Positions 17,149-26,065 of a stretch of DNA of 34,478 nt are shown here, one piece after another. This stretch comes from an uncultured Chitinophagaceae bacterium (GTDB lineage: Bacteria > Bacteroidota > Bacteroidia > Chitinophagales > LD1). The stretch covers positions 1-34,478 of the forward strand of contig CAZKHZ010000005.1 of assembly GCA_964552715.1 (NCBI GenBank), read 5' to 3'. Numbering within the stretch: position 1 is the stretch's first letter; each line of letters starts with the position of its first letter. Made by a program: the position numbers and the translations under genes. The notes below the pieces were generated by a model that saw nothing but the letters and a program-made list of their open reading frames with translations, had not been told where the DNA came from and searched no databases.

Positions 17149-19773
17149 CTACCAAGGCTTTTTGAACACATCCTTAACCTTTTGTTCGGCTTCTTTTTTG
17201 GCTTTGTCGGTAGCCTCTTTAGCTTTTTGTTCGGCATCGCGTTTTATCTTGTCCGCTTCTTCGCGGGCTCTTTGTTCGGCAGCTTGTTTTTGTTTGTCCA
17301 ACTCCTGCTGCGCGTTTTGTTTCAACTCATCTACTTTTTCTTTCACCTGCTCCACCACTTGCTCTTTCACATTTTCTACCACGCTTTTGCCACCGCCCGT
17401 GCCAACTTTTGCCAGCTTGATTTGCGGCTTAGATGCCGTGCCAGTGGCTTTTAAAGTAAAGCTGATAACATCAGGCATTTTGAAAGGCACACCCGGCACT
17501 TTTGCAAGCATATTTTGAGCCAACGATGACGCTGCACCCAACTCACTTTGTGGCACATCAAAACGAATGTCGTAGTCAATAGTTTGGTCAAAACCATTAG
17601 TGCCTTGGTATGCCACATTGTAATTTCCAATTTTAATGTTTGAAGGCTCCACTGCTACTTTACCATCTTTAAATTTCAACACCGTCATTGCGTTTTTAAT
17701 TTCAGGATTGCTAAGTGCAGGTATTTTTGTTACCTCCGCAATCTTTTGCAGTATAGGCATGTTCACAATTCTTGCCGTTGCAATTTCAACCTTTCCATCA
17801 CCTTTCAGCGAAGCATAATCTACACTCATATTAGGATTCAATTTGCCACTGCCATTCAAATCGCTGCTAAAATTTCCTTGTATGTGTTTCATAATGGGTG
17901 CCAGTTTTTCAGCCATTTCCACAAACTTAAAAGTCTCCTGAAAATCAAAATTCTTGATGTCGTAATTGAAGGTTACATCAGGGTAGCTTTGCTGCTTAGT
18001 ATTGTAGCGCGCAGAAATATTTGCACTGCCGCCCAGCAAGTTTGCAAACAAATTATTTAGGTTGAGGGCTTCATCTTTCACCACCACATTTCCACTCACA
18101 TTACTCAATACCAATTTTTCGTAAAAGATTTTACCAATCTGCGAATTGGCAGTAATGTCAATCGCCTTAGGCACGCGGAAGAACTCTGTAACCGTATCTT
18201 TTTTGGCAGCAGGCTTATCTTCTTTACCAATAAACTGATTGGCATCAAACACATTGCTTTTCAAACTTAACACACCCACCAAATCGCCTTTGCCAAAAGC
18301 ATAAGCAATAAAATTATCTAAAGTACCCGAAGCCTGAATGTCGCTTCTACCCAACACAGCACTAAGGTTGGTAAGCGTAACGTTGCGTGGATTGAATGCA
18401 AGTTGAAGATTAGAAACCTTCACAGGCATTGGTGTTTCGGCAGCATCATACACAAGGTTAGTAACCTTTGCATTGCCGCTTGCTTGGATGCTTTCGTAGC
18501 GCCTGTTGTTGATGTCGCTTTGTTTTCCTTTAAAGTCAATATTCAAAGCTAGCAAACCGCTTATTGTCTTCACGCCTTCCAAAGGGTAAAGTTTTGGAAT
18601 GTTTGCAAGATTCAAAGAACCTTTCACCGAAGCATCAATGTTAGGGTCGCTGATGGGCGTGCGAATGTTCACACGCGCATCAATAGGGTCGCTACCCAAA
18701 TCAGCATGAAATTTTTGAATGTCAATCACCATCAAATCCAACTTGCCTTGTGCCTTATCTACCTTTGTAGCTATTTGAATGTTCTTAACCGCAGTAGGCA
18801 ACGAAGGGTATTGAAACATCGCATTTTCAACTTTTAAATTGAGGTTAAAAGCAGGATAGTCTTCGCCAAAATATTTGCCTTTTACAAAACCGTCCAAAGC
18901 AAGTTTGCCGGAGGTTTTCACCTTGTCAAAATCCTTTTTATACACCGCAGGAATCATAGAAAGAATACTCTTAAACTCCGCTTGTTTTGTTTTGAACTTT
19001 ACATCCAAGTTCATGCTCTCGCTGATGGTTTGCACAAAGCCGTCAAAGCCGAGTGTGAGAGCATTCAATGTAATTTCGTTATCCTTAAAAGTATATTTCG
19101 AGCTTTTGCTATCTACCTCCACATCTACTTTAGCATCCAATTTTGCATCATTCAAATATGCCACACCACCACTTTTCACTGTCAATGCATCAATGCCCGT
19201 AAGTGTTTTCAAAACATATAAATCTTGCGTCACATCGCCACTACCTTCAAAGTTCAGGTTAACGATTTTTGCAGCCGTGCCACCTTTCAAATCATCATAA
19301 GTTATCAATCCTTTTTTGATAAGAATTTTCTTTAGCTGCGCATTAAATTTTGTTTCTTCTTTTTTGGTTTCGGGCGTTGGTTTCATAATGTCCCAGTTGG
19401 CTTTGCCAGCATAGTTTACCTTGGCAAAAACATTTGGTTCATCCACTACCAAACTGATAAGCTTGTACTGCTTGCCTTCAAACACACTCATCAAATCCAC
19501 CGTAAAGCTGATGTTGTTGATGTGCGTTAAAGTATCGCCTTTAAAATCGTTTACACCAATCACCGATAAATCATCCAGCGAAAAACTAAAGTTTGGAAAC
19601 GAACGAATAAGCGAAAGGCTGAAATCGCCATAGTCAACTTTGGCATTCAGGTTTTCATTGATGGCTTCTTTTACGGCTGCGTTTATTTTGTCTTTAAACA
19701 GAAACGGAACGGCAACAACGGCTGCAATCAGCAACACAAAAACAACAGCGAGTGAAATGAGAACTTTTTTCAT
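17149..19773 (-). CDS. AsmA-like (bridge-like lipid transfer family) envelope protein
   Basis: N-terminal TM anchor followed by PFLFKDKI...NENLNAKV...SLSLIRSFPN...GKANWDI, a long amphipathic beta-strand body, LKATGTASKPQIKL and a charged helical tail. Confidence 0.85.
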   Translation of the reverse strand: MKKVLISLAVVFVLLIAAVVAVPFLFKDKINAAVKEAINENLNAKVDYGDFSLSLIRSFPNFSFSLDDLSVIGVNDFKGDTLTHINNISFTVDLMSVFEGKQYKLISLVVDEPNVFAKVNYAGKANWDIMKPTPETKKEETKFNAQLKKILIKKGLITYDDLKGGTAAKIVNLNFEGSGDVTQDLYVLKTLTGIDALTVKSGGVAYLNDAKLDAKVDVEVDSKSSKYTFKDNEITLNALTLGFDGFVQTISESMNLDVKFKTKQAEFKSILSMIPAVYKKDFDKVKTSGKLALDGFVKGKYFGEDYPAFNLNLKVENAMFQYPSLPTAVKNIQIATKVDKAQGKLDLMVIDIQKFHADLGSDPIDARVNIRTPISDPNIDASVKGSLNLANIPKLYPLEGVKTISGLLALNIDFKGKQSDINNRRYESIQASGNAKVTNLVYDAAETPMPVKVSNLQLAFNPRNVTLTNLSAVLGRSDIQASGTLDNFIAYAFGKGDLVGVLSLKSNVFDANQFIGKEDKPAAKKDTVTEFFRVPKAIDITANSQIGKIFYEKLVLSNVSGNVVVKDEALNLNNLFANLLGGSANISARYNTKQQSYPDVTFNYDIKNFDFQETFKFVEMAEKLAPIMKHIQGNFSSDLNGSGKLNPNMSVDYASLKGDGKVEIATARIVNMPILQKIAEVTKIPALSNPEIKNAMTVLKFKDGKVAVEPSNIKIGNYNVAYQGTNGFDQTIDYDIRFDVPQSELGAASSLAQNMLAKVPGVPFKMPDVISFTLKATGTASKPQIKLAKVGTGGGKSVVENVKEQVVEQVKEKVDELKQNAQQELDKQKQAAEQRAREEADKIKRDAEQKAKEATDKAKKEAEQKVKDVFKKPW

Positions 19774-19845
19774 AAAAATTGAATGTGCGCTAAAAGTAGA
19801 TAGATAAACGGATTGAATTGTTACAAAATTAAAAGAACTAGCATT

Positions 19846-19874
19846 AAATGACTACCCTAAATTCACAAATGACT
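19846..19874 (+). promoter_or_regulatory. Putative LytTR-binding direct repeat
   Basis: AAATGACT at 19846 and 19867 (21-bp period), upstream of the LytTR gene. Confidence 0.6.
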
Positions 19875-19925
19875 GGCTAATAATGAAAGCATTTTGCAAA
19901 TGCATCAATCAAACAATTTACCAAC

Positions 19926-19933
19926 TACCTTTG
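19926..19933 (+). promoter_or_regulatory. Bacteroidota -7 promoter element
   Basis: TACCTTTG matches TAnnTTTG, 39 nt before ATG 19973. Confidence 0.6.
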
Positions 19934-19972
19934 TTTGAAAGTTTACATAACATTGCCATTACAAAATCACTA

Positions 19973-20725
19973 ATGCAGAAAAAGCTAACCGCTATTATTG
20001 TGGACGATGAAGAAAAGGCGCGCAACATGCTGCAACTTTTGGTAAGTGAGCATTGTTCTGAAGTAGAAGTGTTGGTTCATTGCAAAAACGTTCCCGAAGC
20101 TGTAGCCGCCATCAATGAACATCAGCCACAAATTGTCTTTTTGGATGTGGATATGCCCGGCTATTCTGGCTTTCAGTTACTAGACTTTTTTACTGAAGTA
20201 AACTTTGAAATCATCTTCACCACAGCTTTTAGTGAATATGCTTTGCAGGCTTTTCGTGTCAGTGCTATTGACTTTCTGTTAAAGCCAATTGACATTGATG
20301 AGTTAATTAACGCGGTGGAAAAAGTTAAGAAAAAAAAACAGCCAGGCACTTACAACAAGCAATTGAATTTGATTCGTAGCAGCAGCACAAAAAAGCCATT
20401 AGAATGCATTGCCATTTCTACATCCAATAGTATAGAGTTTGTGCAAATAGATGAAATTGTTGTGTTGCAGGCAGACCGAGCCTACACTAAAATTCTATTG
20501 ATAAACGAACAAGAAATCATTGCCAGTAAAAACATTAAGGAGTTTGAAGAAACATTGGCTGTCAGTCCTGTTTTCTTTCGTGCGCATCGCTCGTGTATCA
20601 TCAATCTGAAACAAGTTTTACGTTACAATAAAACGGAGGGTGGAAATATTGAAATGAAAGGTGGATTGATAGTCCCGCTTTCAAAAGATGCTAAAGATGA
20701 ATTTCTGCAAAAAATGATGTTGTAG
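19973..20725 (+). CDS. LytR/AlgR family response regulator (REC-LytTR)
   Basis: IIVDDE, FLDVDMP, IIFTTAF and DFLLKP in the REC domain; ADRAYT and FFRAHRSCIINL in the LytTR domain. Start moved to MQKKL because the promoter box lies inside the upstream extension. Confidence 0.93.
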   Translation: MQKKLTAIIVDDEEKARNMLQLLVSEHCSEVEVLVHCKNVPEAVAAINEHQPQIVFLDVDMPGYSGFQLLDFFTEVNFEIIFTTAFSEYALQAFRVSAIDFLLKPIDIDELINAVEKVKKKKQPGTYNKQLNLIRSSSTKKPLECIAISTSNSIEFVQIDEIVVLQADRAYTKILLINEQEIIASKNIKEFEETLAVSPVFFRAHRSCIINLKQVLRYNKTEGGNIEMKGGLIVPLSKDAKDEFLQKMML

Positions 20726-20728
20726 CAG

Positions 20729-21652
20729 CTACACAACAAACACCATTTCATCCCAATTAAAAACAGTGCTCAAACCTTTCGGCTCTAGCAACTTCATCAA
20801 TTCGGGTTTTGTACCCTCAAAAGCAAGCATCACAAAATCGCCACCCCATGCACCAAGGCTTTTTGCCGCCACATCCACATCAGCAAACAATCTTTTTTTG
20901 ATAGGCTCCATGCCCAACGCTTCGGCAATGTATGCCTCATGTTCATTCATTATCTGTTTGCATTTTTCGAGTGCATTGCACGAAAGCAGCGCATCTGTAA
21001 GCACATTCAACCACTTTACATACTGCGGCTTATCAATATTGCGCGAACGGTAATGTGCAATACCTGATGTGCTCAATTGCTTTTTACCCAAATGAACAAA
21101 GAAAATATTGTCTTTGAACGAAGGCTGAAACTCCACTTGTTCAAATACAGGTAAACCATTTTCTAAGTGATACAACAAAGGCAAATCGCTTCCCGCACAA
21201 GCTACATCATAGCCCGAGCCGCCAATAGTTGCCTGCAACAATTGAAAAGGATTTACCTGCGCAAATTCCGCCAGGCAATGCACCAATGTAGAACTGCTGC
21301 CCAAACCCCAGTTGTTTGGAAATTCTAGCAAAGTTTGAATGGCAAAGTCCTCATCTGTTTTCAAGAAATTCGCATTTTGCTTGCGGCATTCCTGTAATAG
21401 TTTAGATAGTGTTTTTGCCTGCTCGCTATCATTGCTTGCTTCAAAATTTCTTGTGTCAAACGAAAGTTGAATCCACGGTTCTCTTTTACTGTTCAACGCT
21501 ACCCAAAACAAAGTATTGCTATTGCCGCTAAGCTTGCACACACTCACATGCTGCCCAAAGCGAGTAGGCACTGCCAATGCTTTTGCTCCATCCAGCACAA
21601 AGTATTCACCCGTAAGCATTAGCTTTCCATGACCATAAAAATTCTGTTGCAT
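20729..21652 (-). CDS. GYDIA-family GHMP kinase (mevalonate-pathway-like)
   Basis: GKLMLTGEYFVLDGA, WGLGSSS, GGSGYDVAC and KSLGAWGGDF. Confidence 0.88.
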   Translation of the reverse strand: MQQNFYGHGKLMLTGEYFVLDGAKALAVPTRFGQHVSVCKLSGNSNTLFWVALNSKREPWIQLSFDTRNFEASNDSEQAKTLSKLLQECRKQNANFLKTDEDFAIQTLLEFPNNWGLGSSSTLVHCLAEFAQVNPFQLLQATIGGSGYDVACAGSDLPLLYHLENGLPVFEQVEFQPSFKDNIFFVHLGKKQLSTSGIAHYRSRNIDKPQYVKWLNVLTDALLSCNALEKCKQIMNEHEAYIAEALGMEPIKKRLFADVDVAAKSLGAWGGDFVMLAFEGTKPELMKLLEPKGLSTVFNWDEMVFVV

Positions 21653-21741
21653 CTAACTGCGAAGATGAAAAAATCTTCATGGGTTCACCCATGCAATGGT
21701 GTAGTTCAAATTTCTTTCTTTGCCGCCCAATCAAAATAAAT

Positions 21742-22629
21742 ATGCAACAGATTAGTGTTATAGGTGCTGGTACAATGGGCAATGGTATTGCGCACGTTTT
21801 TGCCATGAATGGTTTTGCTACAAACATTGTTGATGTGTCGCAGGTAGCTCTAGATAAAGCCTTAAAGACAATCGAAAAGAATTTGGATAGAATGTTAGCA
21901 AAAGGCACGCTTACCGAAAAGGAAAAGACAAAAACACTTGCCAATCTTTCCACTTTCACCGCTATTGAAGAAGGCTGCAAACATGCCGACTTAGTGGTAG
22001 AGGCAGCCACCGAAAACATAGAATTAAAGCTAAGTATCTTTAAGCAAATAGACGCTGTTTGCAAGCCCGAAACTATTCTTGCTTCTAACACTTCATCTAT
22101 TTCTATCACAAAAATTGCAGCAGCTACAAAGCGTCCTGCCAAGGTAATTGGTATGCACTTTATGAATCCTGTGCCAGTGATGAAACTGGTGGAAGTTATT
22201 CGTGGCTATGCTACCGATGCAGACACCACTGCAACCATAATGAACCTATCCAAACAGTTGAATAAAGTTCCTGTGGAAGTGAATGACTACTCGGGTTTTG
22301 TTGCCAACAGAATCCTGATGCCTATGATAAATGAAGCCATTTATACATTATATGAAAGTGTTGCAGGCGTTTATGAAATTGACACTGTTATGAAGTTAGG
22401 CATGGCGCATCCAATGGGTCCGCTACAACTTGCCGACTTTATAGGTTTGGATGTTTGTGTTGCAATTTTGCGCGTGTTGCACGAAGGCTTAGGCAATCAG
22501 AAATATGCCCCTTGTCCTTTGCTTGTAAATATGGTTACTGCTGGTTACTTAGGCGCAAAATCGGGCGAAGGATTTTATGTCTATGAAGCGGGTAACAAGG
22601 AACTTGTTGTAAGCAGCAGGTTTGCTTAA
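21742..22629 (+). CDS. hbd: 3-hydroxybutyryl-CoA / 3-hydroxyacyl-CoA dehydrogenase
   Basis: VIGAGTMGNGIA, VVEAATE, ILASNTSSIS, GMHFMNPVP, GFVANRI and HPMGPL.LADFIGLD; start at MQQISV. Confidence 0.93.
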   Translation: MQQISVIGAGTMGNGIAHVFAMNGFATNIVDVSQVALDKALKTIEKNLDRMLAKGTLTEKEKTKTLANLSTFTAIEEGCKHADLVVEAATENIELKLSIFKQIDAVCKPETILASNTSSISITKIAAATKRPAKVIGMHFMNPVPVMKLVEVIRGYATDADTTATIMNLSKQLNKVPVEVNDYSGFVANRILMPMINEAIYTLYESVAGVYEIDTVMKLGMAHPMGPLQLADFIGLDVCVAILRVLHEGLGNQKYAPCPLLVNMVTAGYLGAKSGEGFYVYEAGNKELVVSSRFA

Positions 22630-22643
22630 ACAATTCCGATAAA

Positions 22644-23702
22644 TTATTTTATAGGTCTATCATGTTGTGTTTCTGTAGGGAATGCAAACTCCAAACCAGC
22701 AGCCGTAAAACGTTTCAAAATTTCGAAGTTAATATCTGACCGAACCTGTGGAATATCTTCACCAGGCTTGATGAAGAAGACAAACTTAATATCCATAGAG
22801 TAAGTATTAAAATCTTCAAACATGATTATTGATTCTTCCGCCAAATTTGGATTGGACTTTGCAATATCTTTAAGAATTGAAATCCCTTCCTGCATTTTTT
22901 CGTAGGGCGTATCATACACCAACCCAAGCGAAACACTTACTTTAAAGAACGGACCCTGCGTTACATTCTGTATCGGCTTTTCCGAAAAATACGCATTGGG
23001 TATGGTTACCAACCTGCCTTCTAAAGTTCTCATGCGTGTGCTTCTGATGCCGATATCCATTACAAAACCATCCATGCTGTCAATCATCACTCTGTCGCCA
23101 ATTTGAAATGGCTTATCTAAAAACAGAATTACACCGCCAAACATATTCTTCACAGTGTCTTGCGAGGCAAGCGCAATTGCCAAACCTCCAATACCAAGCC
23201 CGGCAATCAATGCAGCCACATCAAATCCCGCATTATTTAAACCAACTACCAAGCCCAGCGACCACAATATCACCTTTACTGCCTGCTGCAACAATCTTAT
23301 CAACTGCTCATCTAAGTTATTGTCCTCGCGTTGCGAATACGGCACTAAAAATTCCTTGATAAGCGCATTTAGAATTCTTACAAAAAGCCAGGTAATATTT
23401 ATGGCAATCAACAGTGTAAAAGCCTTGTCAATATTCGCACTTGCTTTGATGGTAAACTTCAATCTATCTAAAGAAAACCATAGCCCCGCAAGCATAATAG
23501 CAAACAGCGCAGGGCTTCTCAGTTGATCTAAAATCACATCATCAAATTGTGATGAAGAGCGCGAGGTAAGTTGCTTTAAAAAGAAATTGATGAACCAATA
23601 AATAAAGCGGGCAAACAAAACAGTTCCCACTACAATACCGATTGAAATCAGCCAATGCTCAATTGAGTTATTATAAAATTTGTGTTGAAAAACCGTAAGC
23701 AT
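22644..23702 (-). CDS. Small-conductance mechanosensitive channel (MscS family, extra N-terminal TM helices)
   Basis: LIAGLGIGGLAIALASQDTVKN, DKPFQIGD, IGIRSTR, VTIPN and GLEFAFPT. Confidence 0.93.
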   Translation of the reverse strand: MLTVFQHKFYNNSIEHWLISIGIVVGTVLFARFIYWFINFFLKQLTSRSSSQFDDVILDQLRSPALFAIMLAGLWFSLDRLKFTIKASANIDKAFTLLIAINITWLFVRILNALIKEFLVPYSQREDNNLDEQLIRLLQQAVKVILWSLGLVVGLNNAGFDVAALIAGLGIGGLAIALASQDTVKNMFGGVILFLDKPFQIGDRVMIDSMDGFVMDIGIRSTRMRTLEGRLVTIPNAYFSEKPIQNVTQGPFFKVSVSLGLVYDTPYEKMQEGISILKDIAKSNPNLAEESIIMFEDFNTYSMDIKFVFFIKPGEDIPQVRSDINFEILKRFTAAGLEFAFPTETQHDRPIK

Positions 23703-23787
23703 ATTTTAAAAACTAAGGGGCGAAACTAACTAGTTGAAATTACTTTCTTTGTTTGCGTGCCAACTATAACAATGTTTTAGATTCCGT

Positions 23788-24609
23788 ATGAAAACCAAAT
23801 TACTTACAAGCACCGAGGGCAAATCATTTTTAGCCGATGTGTATGGCGATGTAAAAAGCGATACTGTTGGCATTGTTGTTTTCGCTCATGGTTTTAAAGG
23901 TTTTAAAGATTGGGGTACCTTTCCCGCAATTGCTCAAACCTTTGCTGATAAAGGCTTTGTGTTTGTATCATTCAATTTTTCGCACAATGGCACAACAGTA
24001 ACTAATCCAACAGAGTTTGATGATTTAGAAGCTTTTGGCAACAATAACTTTTCAAAAGAATTGAACGACTTAGGGGTGGTGATTGATTATGTATTTGAGG
24101 AAATACTTGCCGGCAAAAAACTTCCGCTGTTTCTTCTCGGGCATAGCCGAGGCGGTGGCATTGCTATTTTAAAAGCAAGCGAAGACGTGCGTATTGATAA
24201 AGTTGCGGTGTGGGGTAGCGTAAATCAGTTCGGCAGGTTTTGGAAAAATGATGAAATGGAACGCATGAAGCGCGATGGCGTGATATACATTCCCAATGCG
24301 CGCACCAACCAACTAATGCCCATCTACAAACAGTTGTACGAAGATTACCAAAACAACTTGACGCGGTTACACATTCCCGATGCGGTAAAGAACCTAAAGC
24401 AACCATTCTTAATTGTTCACGGCACTGCCGATGAAACAGTTCCTTTTACCGCAGCCGAAGAAATGAACACTTGGAACACAAATACAACTTTAATCAAAAT
24501 AGAAAACGGCAATCACACCTTTGGTGCAAAACATCCTTGGAGCGAAAACATCCTTCCTGCTGATACGCTTATTGCATTAGAAAATACGGCACACTTCTTT
24601 ATAGAATAA
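23788..24609 (+). CDS. Alpha/beta-fold serine hydrolase
   Basis: HGFKGFKDWG, nucleophile elbow GHSRGG, HGTADETV (Asp) and GNHTF (His). Confidence 0.9.
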   Translation: MKTKLLTSTEGKSFLADVYGDVKSDTVGIVVFAHGFKGFKDWGTFPAIAQTFADKGFVFVSFNFSHNGTTVTNPTEFDDLEAFGNNNFSKELNDLGVVIDYVFEEILAGKKLPLFLLGHSRGGGIAILKASEDVRIDKVAVWGSVNQFGRFWKNDEMERMKRDGVIYIPNARTNQLMPIYKQLYEDYQNNLTRLHIPDAVKNLKQPFLIVHGTADETVPFTAAEEMNTWNTNTTLIKIENGNHTFGAKHPWSENILPADTLIALENTAHFFIE

Positions 24610-24648
24610 TCCTTCAAAAAGTCTCGAATTAGATTACTGTGTCCTCTT

Positions 24649-24707
24649 CATGACGATTGTCTTTGCCGCAAAAGACCGCGTCATGGTGATACCGATAGCT
24701 ATCGGTA
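24649..24707. repeat. Imperfect hairpin plus perfect 18-bp palindrome between convergent genes
   Basis: CATGACG...GTCTTTG-CCG-CAAAAGAC...CGTCATG (24649-24685) and TACCGATAGCTATCGGTA (24690-24707). Confidence 0.75.
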
Positions 24708-24738
24708 GAAGCCATCTATTATTATCTACAAACTAAAT

Positions 24739-25824
24739 CTATTGCACACTTGGCTTACCTCCACCTACCCCCAACAACTTCACTTCAGCATCAGGTTTTA
24801 AAAACATAATACTGGTGCTGATAATAGTGTCGCCCGCTTTGATGCCCGTAAGAACCTGCACCTCATCCTTTGTACGCAATCCTGTTTCCACCATCACCGG
24901 TTCTACTTTTCCATTGTTGTAACGCATCAGTTTCTTCCCCCTTGCTTCTGGAATCACAATATTGGTAGGCACCATCAGCGCAGCCTCGCTCTTCACATTC
25001 AAATTCACCTTTGCAAAAGCCCCAGGATAAAGCTTCGATTGGGTACTAATAATACTTGCGCGCACTTTCACACTGCGCGAACTCAACTCTATCTTAGGCT
25101 CTGTGGCTATCACCTTTGCAGCAAACTTTTCTTTAAAGCCCTCCACTTCCACCTCCAATGTCGTGCCTATTGCAATCACCGAACTGTATCTTTCAGGAAT
25201 AAAAAAATCCACCTTCAATCTATCCGTAGAAACCAATGTGGTAACCGTAACACCCTGTTGCACATAAGCACCCGCACTCACATTCCGCAAACCAATTTTG
25301 CCACTAAAAGGTGCACGAATTTCTGTCTTCTCAATTTGCGCCTCCAGCAATTGAATATCTGAAACTATGTTGTTGAGTTGTGTCAACGCCACATCATAAT
25401 CCTGCTGACCCACCCCATTAATTGCCAATAGTTTTTTCAATCGCTCTTCGCTGCTTGTTGACGTTTCCTTTTGCAGTTTCAACTTGCGCAACTGCGCTTG
25501 CAAATCGGCATCATTCAACTTTAGCAACAAGGTTCCCTTTTGCACAAACGACCCTTCGTTAATATTTAAAACAGTGATTCTGCCGCTTATCTCAGGCTTC
25601 AATTCCACCTCATCATTTGCCAGCAAAGTGCCACTTGCCTGCACCGTGCTATTTACATTCCGTGGCTGCACCACAATAGCCGACACTAGCATCGCCTGCC
25701 CAGCCATTCCCTTGCCACCACCTGCGGGCATTCCGCTTTCCGGTGCCGTCTTTAATACTTTATTATAAAAAACAATGCCACCCAACAGCAGCACAACAAT
25801 TGCAATTACAGACCAAGTTTTCAT
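24739..25824 (-). CDS. RND efflux periplasmic adaptor (membrane fusion protein)
   Basis: N-terminal TM, VELKPEISGRI...EGSFVQKG, coiled hairpin, IRAPFSGKIG, LYPGAFA and VETGLR...GIKAGD. Confidence 0.93.
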   Translation of the reverse strand: MKTWSVIAIVVLLLGGIVFYNKVLKTAPESGMPAGGGKGMAGQAMLVSAIVVQPRNVNSTVQASGTLLANDEVELKPEISGRITVLNINEGSFVQKGTLLLKLNDADLQAQLRKLKLQKETSTSSEERLKKLLAINGVGQQDYDVALTQLNNIVSDIQLLEAQIEKTEIRAPFSGKIGLRNVSAGAYVQQGVTVTTLVSTDRLKVDFFIPERYSSVIAIGTTLEVEVEGFKEKFAAKVIATEPKIELSSRSVKVRASIISTQSKLYPGAFAKVNLNVKSEAALMVPTNIVIPEARGKKLMRYNNGKVEPVMVETGLRTKDEVQVLTGIKAGDTIISTSIMFLKPDAEVKLLGVGGGKPSVQ

Positions 25825-26007
25825 GCAGTAATTCTAATTCGCGAACAAAATCAATTTGCGCTTAACGAAATGCTTATCAGAAATCAATTTTTAGATTTTC
25901 ACAGATATTAAACTTCTTTCTAAAAGCCTTTTGATTATCACTTCGTTTTCATGCCATTTCGTCATCTTTTTTATTCATATAGCATACCCCTAACATTCCT
26001 GCCAACG

Positions 26008-26028
26008 CTCAACTCCAAACTCCCCACT
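26008..26028. repeat. Short degenerate heptamer tract
   Basis: CTCAACT CCAAACT CCCCACT downstream of the large OM gene. Confidence 0.45.
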
Positions 26029-26065
26029 TTCTTCCGGCTGTTTACTCGTATCTCGCAGCTCTTCC

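Noticed and set aside
17162-19633. Plus-strand ORFs opposite the asmA-like gene
   Set aside because: S/F-rich antisense shadows.
20328-20340. Poly-A tract in the LytTR gene as a phase-variation switch
   Set aside because: A9 run encoding lysines in an AT-rich genome, frame intact; no evidence of slippage.
21606-22142. 178-aa antisense ORF
   Set aside because: Shadow of the well-conserved hbd gene with no motifs.
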